Notes: generated by a model from the sequence alone, not told the origin. DNA of 64,000 nt from Alphaproteobacteria bacterium (GCA_963555825.3 CAUVXB020000002.1:1152001-1216000), one strand, 5' to 3'; shown: positions 17,476 to 29,265, counted from the first letter of the stretch. Made by a program: numbers and translations.

Positions 17476-18728
17476 CCGTCGACCTCGGCGAAGGGCAGGA
17501 AATCGACCATCGCGCCGCGCTCGAGACGGGTCATCGCCTCGGGCAACTCGACAAGGCCGTCGGCCTCGACCAGCGACGACAGGATGCCGGCGCCGCCGCG
17601 CGGGAACTTCGCGGCGACCAGCGTGCCGTCGTCGCTGGGCACCAGGCGGGCGCGCACCCACTCGCGGCGGTCGCGCTTCTTCTTGTGGTCGAAGTCGGCG
17701 CGCAGGCGGTAGATCAGCGGCGCAACCTGGGTCGCGCCGGCGAGGCGCAGGATCAGCGGCCGGGCGAAGCGCAGGAAGGTGACCATCGCGGCGACCGGGT
17801 TGCCGGGCAGGCCGACGAAGGGCACATGGCCGACCTGGCCGAGCGCGAGTGGCCGGCCCGGCTTGATCGCGAGGCGCCAAAAATGCAGGCTGCCTTGCGA
17901 TTCGACCGCCGCCTTGACATGGTCCTCCTCGCCGACAGAGACGCCGCCCGAGGTGAACAGCAGGTCGTGGTCGCGCGCCGCGTCGGCCAAGGCCGCGCAC
18001 ACGGTCGCGGCGTCGTCGGGCAGGATGCCGAGGTCGGTCACTGCGCAGCCCTGGGCCTCCAGGAGCGCGCTCAGCACGTAACGGTTCGAATCGTAGATCG
18101 CGCCGTCCGGCGCGTCGGCGCCCGGATCGCACAGCTCATCGCCGGTCGAGAACACAGCCGCGCGGAGCGGACGGTAGACCGTGAGCTCGCTCAGGCCGAC
18201 CGAGGCGGCGAGGCCGACGTCCTGAGGCCGTAGCCGATGGCCGGCGTGCAGGATGGTGGCGCCCGCCTGGATGTCCTCGCCGGCGTCGCGCCAGTTGGCG
18301 CCGCGCTTGATGCCGGCCATGATGACGACGGAGTCGCCCTCGGCGCGACAGTCCTCTTGCATCATCACCGTGTCGGGGCCCTCGGGCATGACCGCGCCGG
18401 TGAAGATGCGCAACGCCTCGCCGCGCCGCGCCGGTCGACCCAAAGGGTGGCCGGCGGCGATGCGGCCGGTCACCGGCAGTTGCGTCTCGCCGTCCGGGCT
18501 CAGGTCGTCGAAGAACACCGCATAGCCGTCGACCGCCGCGTTGTCGTGCGGCGGCACGGCGCGCCCGGCGACCACATCGGCAGCCAGGATGCGCCGGTTG
18601 GCGGCGCGCAACGGCACGGTCTCGGGCTCGGTCACCGCCGAGGCCACCTCGGCGATGCGCGCGAGCGCTTCGGCGGTGGTCATCAGCGGGCCGCCGTGAG
18701 CGAAACAATCGTCGGTCAACTGGGGCAT
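17472..18728 (-). CDS. moeA: Molybdopterin molybdotransferase
   Basis: NAAVDGYA, RIFTGA, STGDEL, SGGVSVG, IKPGRP, LPGNP. Confidence 0.95.
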   Translation of the reverse strand: MPQLTDDCFAHGGPLMTTAEALARIAEVASAVTEPETVPLRAANRRILAADVVAGRAVPPHDNAAVDGYAVFFDDLSPDGETQLPVTGRIAAGHPLGRPARRGEALRIFTGAVMPEGPDTVMMQEDCRAEGDSVVIMAGIKRGANWRDAGEDIQAGATILHAGHRLRPQDVGLAASVGLSELTVYRPLRAAVFSTGDELCDPGADAPDGAIYDSNRYVLSALLEAQGCAVTDLGILPDDAATVCAALADAARDHDLLFTSGGVSVGEEDHVKAAVESQGSLHFWRLAIKPGRPLALGQVGHVPFVGLPGNPVAAMVTFLRFARPLILRLAGATQVAPLIYRLRADFDHKKKRDRREWVRARLVPSDDGTLVAAKFPRGGAGILSSLVEADGLVELPEAMTRLERGAMVDFLPFAEVDG

Positions 18729-18731
18729 GGC

Positions 18732-19130
18732 TCAGCCCGCCTCTCGGGCGCAGGCGTCAACGATGGCGTCGGCGATCGCCACCGTATCGACCGCTGTGTC
18801 GGCGCGCGGCACACCCGGCGCACCGTCGAAGCCCTCGACCAGCACGACGTCGACCGGCGCCATCCGGCCGACCAGGTCGGCGATCGCCGGCGCGCCGTCG
18901 TGGCCGTGGATCAATGCCCAACGCTTGGCCGACGTCACCATGACTTCCGCCGCGCCCGCCGTGCGGTGGCGAAAACTGTCCTTGCCCGGCCGGTCGATGC
19001 CGTCGGGCGAGGCGACGCGTCTGATCACGGAGACCGAGAGGCCGCGGCGGCCGAGCTCGCCGACCAGCGCCGCAGTCGGCGCGGCATCGCCGTTCCGTCC
19101 GTCTCCCGCCAAGCCGAAAATCTTCGCCAC
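18732..19130 (-). CDS. mobB: MobB-like protein with degenerate P-loop
   Basis: IDRPGKDSFRHRTAGA and VDVVLVEGF are MobB motifs; Walker A absent. Confidence 0.7.
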   Translation of the reverse strand: MAKIFGLAGDGRNGDAAPTAALVGELGRRGLSVSVIRRVASPDGIDRPGKDSFRHRTAGAAEVMVTSAKRWALIHGHDGAPAIADLVGRMAPVDVVLVEGFDGAPGVPRADTAVDTVAIADAIVDACAREAG

Positions 19131-19160
19131 CGCTATGCCGTCCGATCGATCTGCCGGGCG

Positions 19161-19793
19161 TCAGCGCGCCGCGCTCGCGCGACGGGCATCCGTCGCGCGC
19201 GGCGTGGCGCTCGGCTCGGGGACGCTTTCGGGTGGCGATCCGTCGACATGCTTGAGCGCCAAGCGCAGATAGTCGAAGCCGGTCACGAGCGTCAGGACCG
19301 CGGCGATCCAGAGCAGCACCTCGCCGATCAGCACGGTCGTCACCGCGGGATGGAAGAAGACCGGCCCCGTCGCGCCGACCAGCAGGAAACCGATGGCGAC
19401 CATCTGGATCACCGTCTTCCACTTGGCGAGACGGCTGACCGGCATGCCGACCCGCAGCTCGGCGAGGAACTCGCGCAGGCCCGAGACGAGCAGCTCGCGA
19501 CACAGGATGATCACGGAGGCGAACAGCGGCGCGCGACCGAACGCCACCAGCATGAGGATCACCGAGGCGACGAGCAGCTTATCGGCGATCGGGTCGAGCA
19601 TGCGTCCGAGCAGCGAGTGCTCGTTGCGCGTGCGCGCCAGATAACCGTCGAAGAAGTCAGTGATGCCGGCGATCGTGAACAGCCCGCAGGAGACCCAGCC
19701 GGCGAGCGGCGAGTCCCAGTAGAACAGCGCAATGAGCGGCGGAATTACGCCGATGCGCGACAGGGTAAGCCAGTTCGGCAGATTGAGATTCAT
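19161..19793 (-). CDS. pgsA: Phosphatidylglycerophosphate synthase
   Basis: NLPNWLTLSRI, TDFFDGYLAR...LDPIADK; follows uvrC. Confidence 0.95.
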   Translation of the reverse strand: MNLNLPNWLTLSRIGVIPPLIALFYWDSPLAGWVSCGLFTIAGITDFFDGYLARTRNEHSLLGRMLDPIADKLLVASVILMLVAFGRAPLFASVIILCRELLVSGLREFLAELRVGMPVSRLAKWKTVIQMVAIGFLLVGATGPVFFHPAVTTVLIGEVLLWIAAVLTLVTGFDYLRLALKHVDGSPPESVPEPSATPRATDARRASAAR

Positions 19794-19838
19794 GCCTTGC
19801 GTCCGTCGCCGGGCGGTACTGCTGTATAGCACGAAATT

Positions 19839-21782
19839 TCAGGCCTCCGCGTGAAAATGCTCATAGATCGTACGCGCCACCGCGCGCGAGATGCCGGCAA
19901 CCTTCTCGAGGTCGACCAGACCGGCCTGCGCGACCTCGCGCGCCGAGCCGAAATGGTGCAACAGCGCCCGCTTGCGCTTGCCGCCGACACCCGGGATGTC
20001 GTCGAGCGTCGAGCGGCCGGTTGCCTTGCTGCGCTTGGCCCGGTGCGTACCGATCGCGAAGCGGTGCGCTTCGTCACGCAGTCGCTGGATGAAGTAGAGC
20101 ACCGGGTCCTGGGAATCCAGGGTGAGCGGCGGCCGCGCGGGCCGGAACAGCCGCTCGCGCCCGGCGTTGCGGTCGGCTCCCTTGGCGACGCCGACGAGGC
20201 CGACATCGGTGACGCCGAGATCGGCGAACACCTCGATCGCCAGATTGAGCTGACCCTGGCCGCCGTCGACCATGACCAGATCGGGCCAGCTCTCGCGATC
20301 GTGGTCGGGGTCTTCCTTCATCAACCGGGTGAAACGCCGGGTCAGCACCTGGCGCATCATCGCGTAGTCGTCGCCCGGCGTGATGCCGCCCGCGCCGACG
20401 TCCTTGATGGTGAACTTGCGGTAGGCATTCTTGATGAACCCCTCGGTCCCGGCGACGATCATGCTGCCGACCGCGTCGGTGCCCGAGATGTGACTGTTGT
20501 CGTAGACCTCGATGCGCGCCGGCGGCGCCTCGAGGCCGAGCCGCTTGGCGAGTCCCTCGAGAAGTCTGCGCTGGGCGGCGCTTTCCGAAAGCTTACGCGC
20601 GAGCGCGAGACGGGCGTTGCCGAGCGCGTGCTCGACCAGCTTGCGCCGGGCGCCACGCCGCGGACGCACGATATGCACGCGGCGTCCGGCGCGCAGGCTA
20701 AGCGCCTCTTCGATGAGGGCGCGTTCGGGCAGGTCGTGGCTGACCACGACGCGGCGCGGCACGTGCTTGTTCTCGTAGAACTGGCCGAGGAAGGCGGTCA
20801 AGACCTCGGCCGCCTCGGCGGCGCCGGCGCGCACCGGGAAATAGCTGCGGTTGCCGTAGTTCTGGCCCGAGCGGAAGAAGAACACCTCGACGCAGGTCTG
20901 CTCGCCGTCCTGGTGCACGGCGATGACGTCGGCCTCGCCGACGCTGGCGATGTTGATCTCCTGGCTCGCCTGGATCTGGGTCAGCGCGCGGATGCGGTCG
21001 CGGAACACCGCGGCGGTCTCGAAGTCGAGCGCGTCGCTCGCCGCCTGCATGCGCGCCACCAGCTTGTCCTGGACCTGCCGGCTGCGACCCGACAGGAAGG
21101 CGCGCGCCTCGCCGACCATCGCGGCATAGTCGGCCGCGCCGACGCGCCCGACGCAGGGCCCGGCACAGCGCTTGATCTGGTACTGCAGGCAGGGCCGCGT
21201 ACGGCTCGCGAATACGCTGTCCGAACAAGAGCGCAGCGGGAAGGCGCGCTGCAGCGCGTTCAGCGTCTGGTTGACCGCGCCGGCCGAGGCGAAGGGACCG
21301 AAGTACTCGCCCTTGCGGTTGCGCGCGCCGCGGTACTTGGTCAGTTGCGCCCAGTCGTGATCGCCGCGCAGCAGGATGTAGGGGAACGATTTGTCGTCGC
21401 GCAGCAAGATGTTGTAGCGCGGCCTGAGACGCTTGATCAGGTTCGCCTCGAGCAGCAGCGCCTCGACCTCGGTATGGGTGGTGACGACCTCGATCGTCGC
21501 GGTCTGCGCGACCATGCGCTTCAAGCGCGTCGAGAGCTTGCCGAGGTTGGCATAGGTCGCGACGCGCTTCTTCACGTTGCGCGCCTTGCCGACGTAAAGC
21601 GTCTCGCCTTTCGGCCCGAGCATGCGGTAGACGCCGGGCCGCGTCGGCAGGGCGCCGAGAGCCGCGGCGATGACGGCGCGGCCCGCCACCAGCGGCCTAT
21701 CGCCGGGCACGGGCGCGGGCGTGGAGTTGGGTTCGCTGCGTTCGGTCATGGAAGCTGGACGGGCATTCGAATTGTGGGTCAC
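19839..21782 (-). CDS. uvrC: Excinuclease ABC subunit C
   Basis: PGVYRM, LYVGKA, RIEVYDNSH, VDGGQGQL, RDEAHRFA, HhH; start could be 21749. Confidence 0.96.
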   Translation of the reverse strand: MTHNSNARPASMTERSEPNSTPAPVPGDRPLVAGRAVIAAALGALPTRPGVYRMLGPKGETLYVGKARNVKKRVATYANLGKLSTRLKRMVAQTATIEVVTTHTEVEALLLEANLIKRLRPRYNILLRDDKSFPYILLRGDHDWAQLTKYRGARNRKGEYFGPFASAGAVNQTLNALQRAFPLRSCSDSVFASRTRPCLQYQIKRCAGPCVGRVGAADYAAMVGEARAFLSGRSRQVQDKLVARMQAASDALDFETAAVFRDRIRALTQIQASQEINIASVGEADVIAVHQDGEQTCVEVFFFRSGQNYGNRSYFPVRAGAAEAAEVLTAFLGQFYENKHVPRRVVVSHDLPERALIEEALSLRAGRRVHIVRPRRGARRKLVEHALGNARLALARKLSESAAQRRLLEGLAKRLGLEAPPARIEVYDNSHISGTDAVGSMIVAGTEGFIKNAYRKFTIKDVGAGGITPGDDYAMMRQVLTRRFTRLMKEDPDHDRESWPDLVMVDGGQGQLNLAIEVFADLGVTDVGLVGVAKGADRNAGRERLFRPARPPLTLDSQDPVLYFIQRLRDEAHRFAIGTHRAKRSKATGRSTLDDIPGVGGKRKRALLHHFGSAREVAQAGLVDLEKVAGISRAVARTIYEHFHAEA

Positions 21783-22137
21783 CCATCATACATCAAAACG
21801 GCCGCTGCCCGCGCCTGCGAAGCGGCCATAGCCTACGGCATGGGCCGAGAAACGCGCGATCAAGCGGTCTGGAGTCCGCTGATCTTCACGAAACGGTCGG
21901 CCGCAAGGAAGCTGCTCCATTTCGCGCTTTAACCCTAGGCGGACGCTAACTCGGGGCCAACGGCCAAAGCCGCTATTCATTCTTGAATTGCAAGGACTTC
22001 GAGAATACCGGCGTCAACTCTGATCGGGCCGAACTTCTTGGTAGTATCGATCCGAGACTTCGAATAGGCCCATCGGGTAAGTGAACCAGCATGCGCGCCG
22101 GGTCAAGCGAAGAGCCGACGTCTCGCTTCCCGGACGC

Positions 22138-24210
22138 TCACCTGATTCCGGCTTCAACCAGTCCTTGAGTGAAGTGCTCACGCTCTTGTGCCCGGAGGAA
22201 CGGCGTCAAGGTGGTGAGCCATTCCAGGCAACTAAGATCGCGGTACTCCCGATAAGCAATCTGCTTCAATCGGAAATGCTGCTCGGCGGTGTCGGCGTAT
22301 GCCGCCGCGGTTTCGACATTGCCGAGGTAGGCATGGGTGGCCGCCAGATAGCCGGGCGTGTCGCAAAATACGTCGGGAATGGGTTCGAGGTAATCCAAGG
22401 CCTTGTCGTAGCTGCCGTCGAAGAAGTGGGCGGTCCCCAGACTCGAGTGATACCAATCCGGGTTGTAGGGATTGAGTCGAAGCGAGGCCTCTCCCGCGAG
22501 CACCGCTTCACGGACCTCACCGAAAAACGGCAGGCAGTAGGCCAGACACGCTCGGGTGAAAGCATCGTTGGGGTTCAGCAGGGTGGCCCGTTCGAGATGT
22601 TTCCTCGCCGCGTCGAACTCACCTTGGTAGAGGCGCATCATTCCCAAGATACAGCGCGGCTGCGCATCCGAGTCGTCGAGCTCGACCGCCCTGGATGCAA
22701 ATTTCAGGCACGCTTCCTGTTTCCAGTTCATCGGCGACCACGCATATCCGCTCCACTCGCTCATGTGGACCAGCGCCAGCCCGGAATAGGCGCGTGCGAA
22801 CTCGGGATCCTCGGCCGACGCCTGCTCAAAGCAGTCTTGCGCGCGAGCAAGAGCGACGGCATGGCGCGACTGGTGAAGATGACTCATGCCGCGCAACCAA
22901 TGGTCGTAGGTCCTCAGGCGCTGTGGTTCGAGACCTCGATTACTCGCCAGACGATCGGATTCGATTCTTCCGACCATCGATGCCACGATGCGGCCGGTCA
23001 CATCGTCACGGAGCCCGTGTAACGCCTGTCGGTCGAGGCTATGTATCTCGCTCCATACCTCCTGGTCCTTGCCTGTATCGAGCAGGTGCGTAGAGACCTG
23101 AAGCAAACCGCCTTTTTGTTCAATCGTGCCCGTCAAGAGATAACGCGCATCGAGACAGTGTCCGATGGTGGACGCGGCGAGCGATCGCCCTGCCAAGCTG
23201 AAGGATGATTCCCGTGCGATGACCGCCAACTCACGAAAACGGGTGAGCGCGGCGATGATTTCGCTGGCCAGGGCAGCGCCCAAATAGCGGCTGTCCGAAT
23301 CGATGCCAATAGTTTCAAAGGGCAACACCGCAACCACATTCTCCCCTGCGGCTGTCGGTCGACCCGCGCCGTCGGCTCGCTGCTCCGAAACGCTCGGGAC
23401 CACCAAGCGAGTGCACTTGGTCGAGACGGCGGGCGGTTCCTCCGCGGTATGCAGAAGCGCGACCGCCTCGTCGTCGACGATGGAGTTCAGGATCGCACGA
23501 TGGAGTCTTTGCGTGTCGGGATTCGGCTCGACATCCAATTCGTCACGCAAAACGGTCTCAAGATGTTGGTATTGCTTCAAGGCCGCGCCGACGCGGTCCT
23601 GGCTCCAGTACAGCCGGATGAGCGTATGGTGGGTGGCTTCGTCAAGAGGATCAAAGGCCAACAAACGCTGACCGATCGTAATGGCTCGATGCAGGGCACC
23701 GGTCTCAACAAAATGCGATAGCAATTGGGCATGAGCGCTATGTGCGAGTTGAAAAAAGCGCTCCCGCTCCAGGCGTACCCATTCCTCGAATGCGGATTCG
23801 GACACAGCTACGTCATCCAGGAGGCCGCCCCGGTAATGCTCCACTGCCAGTGCCAAGGAGGCGGGAGTGCCATCGGCGACCAACCTCTCTAGCTCACGCG
23901 CATCGACAGTAAGAATTTCGCCGTTAAGGACGATCTGCTCGCCTTGAGCGCAGAGCAGAGTCTCGCCCGACGCCTTCAGATCCTTACGCAGCCGGCTCAG
24001 CGTCTGACGCAGGTTGCCTCGTGCCTGCTTTTCGCTTTGATCTCCCCATAGCAAAGCGGCCAGCCGGGGGCGCGAATCCGAGAACCGCGGGCGCAGCGCC
24101 AGATAAGCCACCAGTCCCTTGGCCTTGCGGGTCGAGACATTTAGCGTCGACCCAGCGGGGTCGAGCATCATGAAGCTCCCGAACAGAGACAGGCTGAGCT
24201 TCGAATCCAT
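22138..24210 (-). CDS. SARP-type (wHTH-BTAD) regulator with TolB-N-like and TPR C-terminus
   Basis: LAALLWGD...ARGNLRQTL, FEEWVRLER, DPLDE, VAVLPF, TPR-like repeats. Confidence 0.82.
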   Translation of the reverse strand: MDSKLSLSLFGSFMMLDPAGSTLNVSTRKAKGLVAYLALRPRFSDSRPRLAALLWGDQSEKQARGNLRQTLSRLRKDLKASGETLLCAQGEQIVLNGEILTVDARELERLVADGTPASLALAVEHYRGGLLDDVAVSESAFEEWVRLERERFFQLAHSAHAQLLSHFVETGALHRAITIGQRLLAFDPLDEATHHTLIRLYWSQDRVGAALKQYQHLETVLRDELDVEPNPDTQRLHRAILNSIVDDEAVALLHTAEEPPAVSTKCTRLVVPSVSEQRADGAGRPTAAGENVVAVLPFETIGIDSDSRYLGAALASEIIAALTRFRELAVIARESSFSLAGRSLAASTIGHCLDARYLLTGTIEQKGGLLQVSTHLLDTGKDQEVWSEIHSLDRQALHGLRDDVTGRIVASMVGRIESDRLASNRGLEPQRLRTYDHWLRGMSHLHQSRHAVALARAQDCFEQASAEDPEFARAYSGLALVHMSEWSGYAWSPMNWKQEACLKFASRAVELDDSDAQPRCILGMMRLYQGEFDAARKHLERATLLNPNDAFTRACLAYCLPFFGEVREAVLAGEASLRLNPYNPDWYHSSLGTAHFFDGSYDKALDYLEPIPDVFCDTPGYLAATHAYLGNVETAAAYADTAEQHFRLKQIAYREYRDLSCLEWLTTLTPFLRAQEREHFTQGLVEAGIR

Positions 24211-24254
24211 TCCCCACCTCCCGGATAAGTGAGTGTAGCCATGACATGCGGTTT

Positions 24255-24273
24255 GTCACGCTCAAGTCACGCT
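24255..24273. promoter_or_regulatory. Direct repeat with 11-bp period (candidate wHTH operator)
   Basis: GTCACGCT-CAA-GTCACGCT in the divergent intergenic region. Confidence 0.45.
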
Positions 24274-24924
24274 GTTGTTCTCTGTATTCGGAAAGTCAGC
24301 CTGCAAACACCACGATACGCCCTACGGCGTGATCGAGGAAGAGAGCCGGCCCAAGGGAGGTTTCTGAGCCGCGCTTCCCCTATGAGATAGCGAGGGAAAG
24401 AAGATGAGCGAACCGTCAGGCGAATACGTCGAGGCCCATTACGTCGGAATGGAGATCATCTGGGGCAAGGGCTACATGTCGCCGGGCGGCGACGATGAGG
24501 TTGCCTCCGTGGTCGATGGCGTCGACATCCGGGGCAAAGGGGTTTTGGAGATCGGCTCCGGATTGGGCGGGTCCGCGGTCGCCTTGGCGGCGAACCATGA
24601 TCCGGGCCGGGTGATCGGGATCGACATCCAGAAGGAGCAGATCGAGCGGGCGACCCGATTGGCGGAGAGACGAGGGCTTTCCGACCGCGTCGAATTCCGC
24701 CTCGTCGAACCCGGACCATTGCCGTTTGCCGACGAGAGTTTCGATGTTGTCTTCAGTATGGGGACGTTCGTCCAGATTGCCGACAAACCGGCGCTCTTCG
24801 CCGAGATCTTCCGCGTCCTCCGGCGTGGCGGCACTCTCGCCGCCAACGACTGGCTGAGGGACCGCCCCCTCCCGCTTTCGGAGGAATTGGTGAATTTTAT
24901 GGAGAGGGTGGAGCTCACCTATCA

Positions 24925-26098
24925 TACCGCATCCGGCTGATCAGTTCGGATAGATGGTTTTGGGCCACCAGTGGAAGTCGATACGCCCCTTGAAGAGTTC
25001 GGGATTGGCATCGAGAGTGAGGCAGCGCCGGGCGACGACGGCGTCGAGTTCCTCGATGGTCTCGAAGTGTCTGTTTGCGACCGGCTCGTCGAGTACGGGC
25101 CAGAGACATTCGGCCGGTTGCAGCTGGGGCGTATAGGGCGGCAAGTAGACGAGGTGGAGGCCTTCCGGCACCGTGAGGTTCGGCGCCGTGTGCCACCCGG
25201 CGCCGTCGATCACCAGGATGATGATGCGGCTCTGCCCAGCGCCGGCCTCGCGGGCGAAGAGGGCGAGCAGCTTCTCGAAGAATGGCTTGGAGACACAATT
25301 GGAGATGTACCAAAAGGTCTCTCCGCTGGTCGGCGAGACGAGGGCGGTGACGTAGAGCCATTTGAAGCGGTGGTGGCCGAGCGCCACCGGGCGCATCCCG
25401 CGCGGCGCCCAGCAGCGCCGGGCCAATGGCTTCAGACCGAGCCGGTGTTCGTCGCTGGCGAAGACTTCGATCGGCGTGCCGGGGTGGCGCTCGGCTTCTT
25501 CCGCGACCAGGCGGTGAAGTTTTTTTTAAACGCCTGGCGTTCTTCCTCGCTCGCCGCCCCGGGGTTGTTCGGCCTGGGCACCTGCAAACTCCACTCGACT
25601 GCCTTCAGCGCCTCCCAGCCCCGTTGCGGCGCCACCGTCTCCAAGCCCAGTTCGCCCGCCATCCAAGCCGCCACCTTCGGCCCAGACCACAAGCCGCCGT
25701 CCGCCGGCGGCTTTTTCAGGCGCTCTTTCAACACCGCCAGGACTTCCGGCTTCAGGATCGTCGCCTCGGAGCCGTTCGAGCGTCGACGATCGCCCAGCGA
25801 CGACGGGCCGAGCTTGTTGTAGCGAGAAAGCAATTGTTCGAGCCAGCGTTGGCCGAAACTCGTCATCTCCGACACTTCGCGAACCGTATGGCCTTTGGCC
25901 AAAAGCCAGATCACCTGGAAGTGCCGCGCCTCCGTCGCCTCCGACGCCGAGCGATACCGTCCCTCCAACTCAGAAAGCTGCAAATGTTCCTCGACATGCG
26001 CCATGTCCCGCCCCTCCGCGAATCATGACTACGGATCCTAACCCTTTCCGATTCCAACGGGAATCCGTCGCAACCGAATCATTCAGGCGGAGTCGGTA
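24925..26098 (-). mobile_element. IS630-family insertion sequence
   Basis: TACCG...CGGTA imperfect IRs; TCA duplicated at 24922-24924 and 26099-26101. Confidence 0.82.
24941..26004 (-). CDS. IS630 transposase (orfA HTH + orfB DDE, probable programmed frameshift)
   Basis: A-run slippery site near 25520-25528; DEHRLG, DGAGWH, LPPYTPQLQPAE motifs. Confidence 0.85.
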
Positions 26099-26443
26099 TC
26101 ACTGGGCCGCACCCGAAGAGATGCATGACGCCCTTGCCAGCGCCGGGTTCGTCGAGATCGCCCTGCGTGACCGCGCCGCGTGGTTCGCCGATCTGCTTGG
26201 CGAGGAAATCAAGAAGCTTGAAGCCGGCCCCATGAGAGCGGACCTGATCCGGGCGACCGATGAGGAGAGCGCCGAGGGGTGGCTGTGGTCATGGAGGCAG
26301 CAGGAATCCTTCGCCAGACAGCGGGAAATCTGCCCGACACAGATCCGGGCGGCCAAAGCAGCCTGACGCTGGCGGCGCTTTGTCCGCACCCGATTTCCTC
26401 TTTTATTCGAGAGAGAGAACCCCCGAGACGAAAGGAATCGCAC

Positions 26444-26818
26444 ATGAACCTACGCAAATCGTTGGAAGCATTCCCCGCGGACTTCGAAAAGGCTATCGCC
26501 TCGGGTGACGCCGAAACTGTTTCAGAGTTCTTCACCGAAGACGGTATGTTTCTCTTGCAGGGGAGACCAGTAGTGCGGGGGAAAGTCGAGCTGGTGTCGA
26601 TGTTTCAAGGCTGGATAGACAGCAAGCAAGCTGTTAGGCACGAAATTCTTACCTGTGAGGAGGACGGTGATCTGGCGTATGCGACGGGTACGTTTTCGGC
26701 CCAATATCAGAACGACCAGGGAGAAACGGATAAATTTTCGGGCAAGTACATCGACGTGTTCCGACGCCAGCCAGGCGGTCCGTGGAAGTGTCACGCATCT
26801 TGCGCATTTGCTGACTAA
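26444..26818 (+). CDS. SnoaL/DUF4440 (NTF2-like) protein
   Basis: GDAETVSEFFTEDG, GKYIDVFRRQPGGPWK; AAGGA RBS. Confidence 0.8.
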   Translation: MNLRKSLEAFPADFEKAIASGDAETVSEFFTEDGMFLLQGRPVVRGKVELVSMFQGWIDSKQAVRHEILTCEEDGDLAYATGTFSAQYQNDQGETDKFSGKYIDVFRRQPGGPWKCHASCAFAD

Positions 26819-26861
26819 ATATTCGAAGGCCTGAATGGCTGGTTGGGATCGAAATTCGGGA

Positions 26862-27203
26862 TCAGAACGGCCCGACACCGAGCTTTCGCAACCGCTTGAT
26901 CCGATGCTTCCGGTATGCCCGAATCTCGCGTGAAAGCGGGCTTCCGCGATCGAAATCCAAATGCGTGATCGACGTGATCCGCACCTTGCTCATTTCGCCG
27001 GGCCCGAAGTCGAGCGTGCAAACAATTCCGCCCTCATCGCCGGCATAGTTGACCGCGGTGACCGCGCATCGACGGGGAAGCTCCGGTTCCGTCGATTCTT
27101 CCCGCGAAGCGTCGAGCATACGGGTGCTGAGCTCGGCGCTCAGTGGAAGAACGGCCCGCATCATTTCCATCAGCGCCTCGGTCCTTTCGATGTTGTCGAT
27201 CAC
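26862..27203 (-). CDS. Hypothetical protein
   Basis: 113-aa ORF with protein-like composition (YAGDEGGIVC, SITHL) and a GAGG RBS. Confidence 0.6.
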   Translation of the reverse strand: MIDNIERTEALMEMMRAVLPLSAELSTRMLDASREESTEPELPRRCAVTAVNYAGDEGGIVCTLDFGPGEMSKVRITSITHLDFDRGSPLSREIRAYRKHRIKRLRKLGVGPF

Positions 27204-27302
27204 GTCGGCATGTCCCTCGCCATGGGTTTCTTCGAGGATTCTGGGCGAATCAGGCGTTCGCGCGCCCTTTATAAGGCGGACGTTCGTGGTAAAGGCGCAC
27301 CC

Positions 27303-28280
<978 letters not shown>

Positions 28281-28374
28281 CTCGCCCCCATAACACCTCA
28301 CGCCCCACGGCGCGGCCTAAACAACCATCAAGCCGGCATCCGCGCAACCACCGATCGCTAGTGGATAGAATCCA

Positions 28375-29265
28375 CTAGCTTGCGATGAGCGACGTCGCTT
28401 CGACCCACCAATCCGCGTGGTCCGCGGCCAGTACGCGGGCCGCCGTCTCGGCCGGGGCAGCGTCGGCAAACAGCCCGAAGCAGGTAGCGCCGCTGCCACT
28501 CATCCGGGCGAGCAGGCAACCGGGCTGCGCGGCGATAGCCGCGCGAACCTCGCCGATCACCGGCGCCAGCCGCGTCGCCGCGTCATCGAGATCGTTGCCC
28601 CGCGTAGCGAGCAACGTGGCGAGCGCGGTCGCGTCGGCGGGCGCGTCGTCGAACCGCGCCGGTGCGACGAAGTCGCCGGTCCGCGCGGCGAACACCTCGG
28701 TCGTCGGCAGCGCGACGCCCGGATTGACCAGCAATATGGGGGCCGACGGCAGGGCCGGCGCGGGCGCCAGCGCGTCGCCGATGCCGCCGACGAAGCAGGC
28801 GTGGCCGGCGAGGCACACGGGGACGTCGGCGCCGAGTTCGAGGCCGAGGCGCGCCAGATCGTCGTCACCGATGTCGAGACGCCACAGCCGGGCGAGCAGT
28901 TTGAGCGTCGCCGCGACATCCGACGAGCCGCCGCCGAGGCCGGCGGCGACGGGCAGCCGCTTGTCGAGACGGATCGCCGCGTGCGCCGGCACGTCGCCGG
29001 CTTGCGCCAGACGACGCGCCGCGCGCAGCACCAGGTTGTCGCCATCCTGCGCCTCGAGCACGGCGCCGAACGGGCCGTCGATGGTCAGCCCGAGGGCATC
29101 GGACGCGACGACGTCGACGATGTCCCCGACGCCGGCGAAGGCGACCAGACTGTCGAGCAGGTGATAGCCGTCGGCGCGCCGGCCGGCGACGTGAAGATAG
29201 AGGTTGATTTTGGCCGGGGCGGTGGCGCGCAGGGCGACGCGATCCGGCCCGTCAGCCTTCGCCAT
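28375..29265 (-). CDS. ispE: 4-diphosphocytidyl-2-C-methyl-D-erythritol kinase
   Basis: APAKINLYL, PVAAGLGGGSS, LGADVP, RMSGSG. Confidence 0.95.
   Translation of the reverse strand: MAKADGPDRVALRATAPAKINLYLHVAGRRADGYHLLDSLVAFAGVGDIVDVVASDALGLTIDGPFGAVLEAQDGDNLVLRAARRLAQAGDVPAHAAIRLDKRLPVAAGLGGGSSDVAATLKLLARLWRLDIGDDDLARLGLELGADVPVCLAGHACFVGGIGDALAPAPALPSAPILLVNPGVALPTTEVFAARTGDFVAPARFDDAPADATALATLLATRGNDLDDAATRLAPVIGEVRAAIAAQPGCLLARMSGSGATCFGLFADAAPAETAARVLAADHADWWVEATSLIAS

Larger units (their letters stand above)
24404..26366 (+). pseudogene. SAM-dependent N-methyltransferase (261 aa reconstructed) split by IS630
   Basis: IWGKGYMSPGG, VLEIGSGLGG, LPFADESFD; excision restores ...ELTYHWAAPEE... 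Confidence 0.82.

Noticed and set aside
21790-22130. Intergenic DNA at the islet edge (also 33860-34250) as tRNA, att site or gene
   Set aside because: No cloverleaf, repeat partner or recognisable protein found.
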